Assembly: GCA_021324755.1 (NCBI GenBank)
Contig: JAJPIL010000001.1
Coordinates: 152-64,151 of the forward strand
DNA length: 64,000 nt
Direction: 5' to 3'
From: Pseudomonadota bacterium
Lineage (GTDB): Bacteria; Desulfobacterota; Binatia; Binatales; Binataceae
Shown here one piece after another: positions 62,163-64,000 of this stretch (its first letter is position 1; each line of letters opens with the position of its first letter). The translations under genes and the position numbers were made by a program. The notes beneath the pieces are model-generated. The model saw only the letters and a list, made by a program, of their open reading frames with translations. It did not search any database and was not told the DNA's origin.

Positions 62163-64000
62163 ACGTGCTTACCTTTCGAAGCTCCTGACTCGAGCATCGA
62201 GTAAAGCACTACGCGCTCAGTCGCTTTACGTTTGCCGACAGGCTCTTGGCTGTCCAGATAGACGCGCACGCGCTCTGTGGGTGCGGTGGGAAGGTTTTTG
62301 CCGGCATAATTGGGACGAATAGGCAACGCACGATGGCCTCTGTCGATAAGCACCGCCAACCTAACCGAAGCCGGCCGACCAGCGTTCCACAAGGCGTTCA
62401 TCGCGCGCTGGACGGTCCATCCGCTATTAATCACGTCATCGACCAGCACGATCGTTCTTCCGTCGAAGGCTAGGCCATCCTTACCCTCAAGGGGAACGAT
62501 CCTTGCTTCGTCGCCGACAACACTCACTGCCGCGCATGGCAGAACAATCCCGGTCTTGTCGGCGATGAGGTCGCGCAGGCGCAGCGCCAAGATAGCGCCA
62601 CGAGTAAGGATGCCCACCACGGTCACACCGGTAAGATCGCTCAGATCGGCGATTATTTGCTCAGCCAGACTCTCGAGCGCGCGCCTCATCTCCTGCGCGT
62701 TCATCACTTCGCGCTGCGGTCCACGCCGGTACGGCTCATAGCCGCTTTCCTCGGCCTGTTTCGGGTCGCGGAACACCATAAGCGACCCCTCCTCGACCCA
62801 TCGCCGCACATAGCCGTACAAAGTTTCGTCAAAACGATAGTACCGGCGCGAACGGCTGTTACCCACGTAATCGAAGCGCGCCTCATGCTCGCAGTAATCG
62901 CACTGGAGCGTCAGCGCGGACCGATCTCCCCATGGCGCGAATCTAAAACGCGGACTGAGGTAGGCGCTTTCGCTTCGCGTGATACAGGTGGGATTGGCGC
63001 ACATGGGATGAACGCGCGAGCTGAAGGCGATCGCCTTTGGCGAACGGCGCGGCTTTGCCTCTCCCTGCGCGGCTAGCTGGATAAGCCATGCTATCAAAGC
63101 CATTCGTACGGGCACCCCGACGGCGGCCTGCTCGAAGTAGATGGCCCGCGGATCGCTATCCAATTCATAAGCCAACTCATCAGTACGAGGCAGCGGATGC
63201 ATGATTACGGCCGACTGGGTTCGACTGCCACGAATCGCGCGCGAATCGACGTGAAAATATTCGGAGCCCACCTCGTGCCCATCCTTGAGCCGTTCGCGCT
63301 GAAGCCGCGTTACATAAAGCGCGTCGACCACAGGCGGATCTGACTTTACAGCGCGAGCAGCCCCGGCAGCCATCTCGCCGGTGAAAAGCGCCATCTGATG
63401 GGGTTCACGCGGCGTGAGATAAAGCGCATCGAGATCGGAAGCCAGGGACTTCAACTCGGCTATGCTCACCGTGGCGAATTTATAGTTGCGCTGCACTGCT
63501 AGGCGCGCCAAAACATGCTCCGGAACCTCCATGCCTTTGTTGGGCACTGCCAAAATATTGGCTCCAAAACGGGCAAGCGCGTACATCAGCGAATGAACCG
63601 TTCGCCCGTAGCGAAGGTCGCCACAGATCGCCACGGTGAGGCCCTTAAGGTCTCCTTTCTTGGAGCGAAGAATGTAGAGATCGCACAGTGTCTGGGTCGG
63701 ATGCTCTCGGCTGCCATCGCCGGCGTTGATTACGGGCGACGAGGCGTACTCGGCTGCCACTTTCGCTGCGCCCTCGTGCGGATGGCGTAACACGATCAGG
63801 TCAGCATACGCTGACACCACGCGCACGGTGTCGGCCAAACTCTCGCCCTTGGCAACTGAGCTCGTCTTCATATCGGCTGAGCTTATGACCGAGCCTCCCA
63901 GCCGATGCATCGCGGCTTCGAAACTCAAACGGGTACGCGTCGAGGGTTCGTAGAACAAAGTCGCCATAATAAGGCCTTGAGCAAGGCGCGGAGTGTCGCC
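62159..64000 (-). CDS. pyrB: aspartate carbamoyltransferase catalytic chain fused to a PyrI-type Zn domain, an Ada-like domain and a PyrR-like PRTase domain (5' end outside window)
   Basis: FYEPSTRTRLSF, HPTQ, GDLRYGRTVHS, HPLPR; CANPTCIT...CDYCE; VLVDDV..SG.T and DRGHRALPIRP.Y.GKN; frame stays open from ATG 63967 to the window edge. Confidence 0.9.
   Translation of the reverse strand, partial: GDTPRLAQGLIMATLFYEPSTRTRLSFEAAMHRLGGSVISSADMKTSSVAKGESLADTVRVVSAYADLIVLRHPHEGAAKVAAEYASSPVINAGDGSREHPTQTLCDLYILRSKKGDLKGLTVAICGDLRYGRTVHSLMYALARFGANILAVPNKGMEVPEHVLARLAVQRNYKFATVSIAELKSLASDLDALYLTPREPHQMALFTGEMAAGAARAVKSDPPVVDALYVTRLQRERLKDGHEVGSEYFHVDSRAIRGSRTQSAVIMHPLPRTDELAYELDSDPRAIYFEQAAVGVPVRMALIAWLIQLAAQGEAKPRRSPKAIAFSSRVHPMCANPTCITRSESAYLSPRFRFAPWGDRSALTLQCDYCEHEARFDYVGNSRSRRYYRFDETLYGYVRRWVEEGSLMVFRDPKQAEESGYEPYRRGPQREVMNAQEMRRALESLAEQIIADLSDLTGVTVVGILTRGAILALRLRDLIADKTGIVLPCAAVSVVGDEARIVPLEGKDGLAFDGRTIVLVDDVINSGWTVQRAMNALWNAGRPASVRLAVLIDRGHRALPIRPNYAGKNLPTAPTERVRVYLDSQEPVGKRKATERVVLYSMLESGASKGKHV

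Overview
Bacterial (diderm) chromosomal window with two compositionally different halves. Left (~1-22 kb): a small defence-type islet (three orphan ORFs, mazEF, mrr), a GH88 hydrolase, a ~34-bp tandem array in front of a double-HTH MerR regulator heading a menF-menD-menH-menB-menA-menC operon, an OmpA-family protein, and a ~4.5-kb phage-derived module. That module holds an AbrB-type gene, a terminase-small-subunit-like ORF, a 35-bp repeat array, a CxxC protein, a phage replication initiator and a long frame built from 20 copies of a 39-bp/13-aa repeat. Right (~22-64 kb): lower-GC, mostly housekeeping DNA, including MscS-like, HAD and LLM genes, glgE and a treS-maltokinase fusion, a Flp/Tad pilus locus, SPOR-argS, recD2, folD, dgt, rlpA, recG and a pyrimidine operon. 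The first gene of that operon (cut by the window edge) is an unusual PyrB + PyrI zinc-domain + Ada-like + PyrR-like fusion. No tRNA, rRNA, CRISPR array, integrase or transposase was recognised. The gene content is compatible with a deltaproteobacteria-like lineage such as Binatota, but this is only an impression. All calls come from motif recognition by eye; no database search was run.
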